Source of the DNA: Fonticula alba ATCC 38817
Lineage: Eukaryota > Protista > Nucleariida
Direction: 5' to 3' (one strand)
Assembly (NCBI GenBank): GCA_000388065.2
Contig: KB932201.1
Length of the DNA: 64,000 bases
How positions within the stretch are numbered: position 1 is the stretch's first letter; each line of letters opens with the position of its first letter. A program made the translations under genes and the position numbers. A model generated the notes under the pieces. It made no database searches. It saw only the letters and a list, made by a program, of their open reading frames with translations, and had not been told where the DNA came from. Positions 60,692-64,000 of this stretch are shown in pieces.

Positions 60692-62514
60692 TTACTTCAG
60701 CTCCAGGAGCAGAGACTGCGGGGTCTGGAGGAGCTCGCCCCAGCGGCGAGAGAAGCGGGCCATGGTGGCGCCATCGATGACACGATGGTCCGCGGACCAG
60801 GAGACCTGCATGACATCAGCCGGGTAGAGAGACCCATCGGCGGCATAGCGGGGGAGCTTCTGAATGCGACCGACGGCGCCGATGCACACCTCCGGGTGGA
60901 CGACGATCGGCTTCATGTAGGTGCCGCCAATGGCACCGATGTTAGAAATGGTGAAGGTGCCGCCAGAAAGGTCCGCCGCGCCGAGAGCACCACGCATGGC
61001 CAGGTCATGCAGTCGCTTTAGCTCCTGGGCAATGTCGATGATGGAGAGGTCCTGGACGTTCTTGATGTTCGGGACAATCAGACCGTTGGGAGTGTCCATG
61101 GCAACGCCGATGTTGTGGGCAGCCTTAATGTGAAGGGTGGTCTCATCGGCGGAGACCGAGCTGTTGAGGGTGGGATAGTCACGCAGAGCCAGCGAGGCGG
61201 CCTTGATGAAGAAGGGCATGTAGGTGAGCTTCTCCACGCCACGAGAGGCGGCGATCGGGGAGAGGGCCTTGCGAAGAGCGGACAGGTCGTTGAGGATGAG
61301 CTGGGTGGGGGGTGGGTGGGGGGGGGAGGAGCGGGGGGACAACAGGGGGGAAAGGGACGAAGAAAGAGCAAGGACAGACAGAGAGGAGAGGAGGAAAAAC
61401 AAGGTGAAGGTCAAGTGGTTAGTGTGAATGGGAGGGGGGAGGGGGAGCGAAGCAGGAACAAAACATCAGACAAGACACATGTCGGGCGTGTGAAGGGAAA
61501 AAAGAAAAGGGGGCAGGGCTCCCACCAGCGGGATGCCCCGATGCCCGAGCGCACCTCGTCGCAGTAGCCGAAGTGAGGGACCTTGCTCCAAGACTCGTTC
61601 ATGCTCTTGACCATGGCGCGCTGGTAGCCGCGGATGGGGCGGAGCTCGTCGCCGGCAACCGGCTTGGGCGGGGCAGCCGGGGTGACCGGGGCAGCCGGAG
61701 CAGCCGGGGCAGCGGCGGCGACCGGGGCGGCGGCGGCGGCCGGGGCGCCACCAGAAACGAAGGCCAGAATATCGGACTTCAGAACGCGACCATTGTTGCC
61801 GGTGCCGGGGACCATGCGGATATCGATGTTGTGCTCGCGGGCAATGCGGCGAACAGCCGGGGTGGCCAGAGCGAAGGCGGCCACGGCACCAGGGGTGGCG
61901 GAGATGGACTGCACAGCCTCGGCGACGGAGGTGGCGGTGAAGGCGGCGGCCGGGGCAGCGGCAGCGGCGGGGGCGGCAGCAGAGGCAGCGGCACCACCAG
62001 TCTCCGGGACGTCGATCTCCACGAGCGGGTGGCCGACACGAGCCATGTCGCCGGTGTTGTACATCAGACGCTTGACGGTACCGGTGTAGCGGCTGGTGAT
62101 CTCGACAGCGGCCTTGTCAGACTGGACCTCGCAGATGGGGTCGAACTCGTTGACGAAGTCGCCCTCCTTGATGTGCCTGGGAAGGGGCGGGGGAGGGAGG
62201 GGGATGCATTAGTATGCAGAGATGCAGAGTCAGCAAAAGGGAAGGAGAGCGTAGGGGATGGGGGGGGGCAGGAGGGACGGGAGGGACGGGAGGAACGGGG
62301 AAAAATACAGGTGGTGGATTGAGCGCGGAGGAGTGATGACCACGCACCAGTTGAGGACCTCGCACTCGACGATACCCTCGCCGACATCGGTCAGCAGGTA
62401 GGGCACAATGGCGGCCGGGGTCTGGGAAGTGTGGAACTGGGCGGCCGACAGGGCGGCGCGACGACCAGTCGAGGCAACGATGCCCTGGGCGACGGACAGA
62501 GAGCGGGACAGCAT
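60692..62514 (-). CDS. DBT: Branched-chain alpha-keto acid dehydrogenase E2 (dihydrolipoamide branched-chain transacylase), mitochondrial
   Basis: Presequence-like N-terminus. Lipoyl domain [26 protein letters not shown]1/E3-binding [27 protein letters not shown], catalytic [46 protein letters not shown]. Confidence 0.96.
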
Positions 62515-62672
62515 GGTGACCTGCGCGACGTGCGTTGGCCGGGAGGGGGACGGCGTCAGCAAGACGGAAGACGGGGGGTGGGGGGGGGAGAGGAGGAAAC
62601 AGGGTGCCTCGCGGGGAGGCGGGAGGGGGGAGGCATCAACGAACGCCAAGCAAAGGCCTCAGGGCCCCACAG

Positions 62673-63128
62673 NNNNNNNNNNNNNNNNNNNNNNNNNNNN
62701 NNNNNNNNNNNNNNNNNNNNNNNNNNNNNNNNNNNNNNNNNNNNNNNNNNNNNNNNNNNNNNNNNNNNNNNNNNNNNNNNNNNNNNNNNNNNNNNNNNNN
62801 NNNNNNNNNNNNNNNNNNNNNNNNNNNNNNNNNNNNNNNNNNNNNNNNNNNNNNNNNNNNNNNNNNNNNNNNNNNNNNNNNNNNNNNNNNNNNNNNNNNN
62901 NNNNNNNNNNNNNNNNNNNNNNNNNNNNNNNNNNNNNNNNNNNNNNNNNNNNNNNNNNNNNNNNNNNNNNNNNNNNNNNNNNNNNNNNNNNNNNNNNNNN
63001 NNNNNNNNNNNNNNNNNNNNNNNNNNNNNNNNNNNNNNNNNNNNNNNNNNNNNNNNNNNNNNNNNNNNNNNNNNNNNNNNNNNNNNNNNNNNNNNNNNNN
63101 NNNNNNNNNNNNNNNNNNNNNNNNNNNN
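62673..63128. other. Assembly gap followed by about 60 nt of poly-G
   Basis: N run; G homopolymer at 63129-63191. Confidence 1.
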
Positions 63129-63192
<64 letters not shown>

Positions 63193-63345
63193 GGGCACAG
63201 CTCGAGGCAAAGGTGAAGGGAGGACGGTTTTCTATTGGAGCAAGAGGAAGGGAGGAGGGGAAGGGAGCAGACGAAGCGGGGCACATGACAATGCTCTGTC
63301 CCTCTCCGCGCCCTAATCCTCAAGAGGAGACGAGAGGGGGAGAAA

Positions 63346-63398
<53 letters not shown>

Positions 63399-63972
63399 GA
63401 CAATTAGCGCGCCTCCCTCCCCACTGGCACGCCAGGGAATCGAAACAGGGGGGAGGGGAAAGGACAGACGAGGAGAGGGGCGGCAGGGGGGAAGGAAGGG
63501 CGAGCGACCACCAGAAGGGGGAGCCTGCCCTTCGTGCTCCTTTTTGGTGCGGACAAGATGAACATAGGCGCATGCCCGACATCATACCCCACATGCATAG
63601 GAGGGGGGAGGAGGAGGGGAGGGAGTTGTCCAAGCGCGTATGAACACGCTGGGCTGAATTGAGAAGAACTCAGGCTCAATTCATCCCTCGGGGGAAGAGA
63701 CGAGATATGGGGAAAGGGATGGGGGGATATACTGCGCCAAGGAGCACATGTTGCTGATGGAGTTGTGAGGAGAAGGGGACGGAGAGGGCGCCGGCCAACG
63801 TTGCGCGGGGAGGGAATCGCGTGTGTGTGTGTGCGCGCACGCGCGCCCAATAAAGTACACTGGGGAGGAAGGAGAGGAGGGGGGGGGGGGAGTGCACACA
63901 GTGACGCAATGACGCCGGGGGAGGGGGGAGGGGGGGGGGATGGAGGGGAGGGGAGGGGCATCTCAAGCCCCA

Positions 63973-64000
63973 TCACTCGTCGACAGGCAGTTTCTCGATC
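63973..64000 (-). CDS. Possible 3' end of a gene entering from beyond the window (..IEKLPVDE*)
   Basis: Eight coding-like codons and TGA, followed on the minus strand by the C-rich sequence typical of 3' flanks here. Too short to be sure. Confidence 0.3.

Noticed and set aside
53526-62514. CoA-themed cluster (pantothenate kinase + BCKDH E2)
   Set aside because: They are separated by a splicing factor and both are housekeeping genes; this is consistent with chance adjacency.
63129-63191. About 60-nt poly-G as a defined element
   Set aside because: It abuts a gap, so its length is unreliable; it is probably a sequencing or assembly effect around a homopolymer.
1-64000. tRNA, rRNA, snRNA, CRISPR arrays and transposons
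   Set aside because: GTTCGA hits fall inside coding exons without cloverleaf context. I saw no repeat-spacer arrays, terminal repeats, or transposase/RT motifs.

Overview
This is a GC-rich, intron-containing eukaryotic nuclear region with four assembly gaps. The composition, microsatellite- and poly-C-filled introns, and the furin-repeat receptor kinase suggest an early-branching opisthokont such as Fonticula (inference only). I support about 15 spliced protein-coding genes, reconstructed by eye from GT-AG junctions and family motifs. In order they are: CIB EF-hand protein, PPIL3 cyclophilin, CDF zinc exporter, a very large FG-GAP/furin-repeat non-RD TKL receptor kinase, ADCK2-like ABC1 kinase, HAT1, an MRH+PSI type-I membrane protein, syntaxin-6/Tlg1, a class-C-like 7TM receptor, a SAMHD1-like dNTPase, C9orf78/Tls1, a small 2-TM ORF, PIG-Q, a PANK4-type PanK-DUF89 fusion, SPF27/BCAS2 and BCKDH E2 (DBT). 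I found no rRNA, tRNA, CRISPR array or recognisable transposon. The strongest leads are: (1) a PANK4-like fusion with an intact kinase and an eroded phosphatase site, the mirror image of human PANK4; (2) the non-RD receptor kinase with an integrin-alpha-type Ca2+ loop; (3) an ADCK2 homolog whose catalytic Lys reads Thr; (4) a class C 7TM receptor with no Venus flytrap domain; (5) an MRH+PSI sorting receptor; (6) an exact 34-bp element repeated at two splice-acceptor-like sites upstream of the zinc transporter; (7) an exitron-like segment in CIB; and (8) a 2-TM ORF abutting PIG-Q. Family assignments rest on motifs recalled from known proteins; no database search was run. Exon boundaries and some start codons are approximate.
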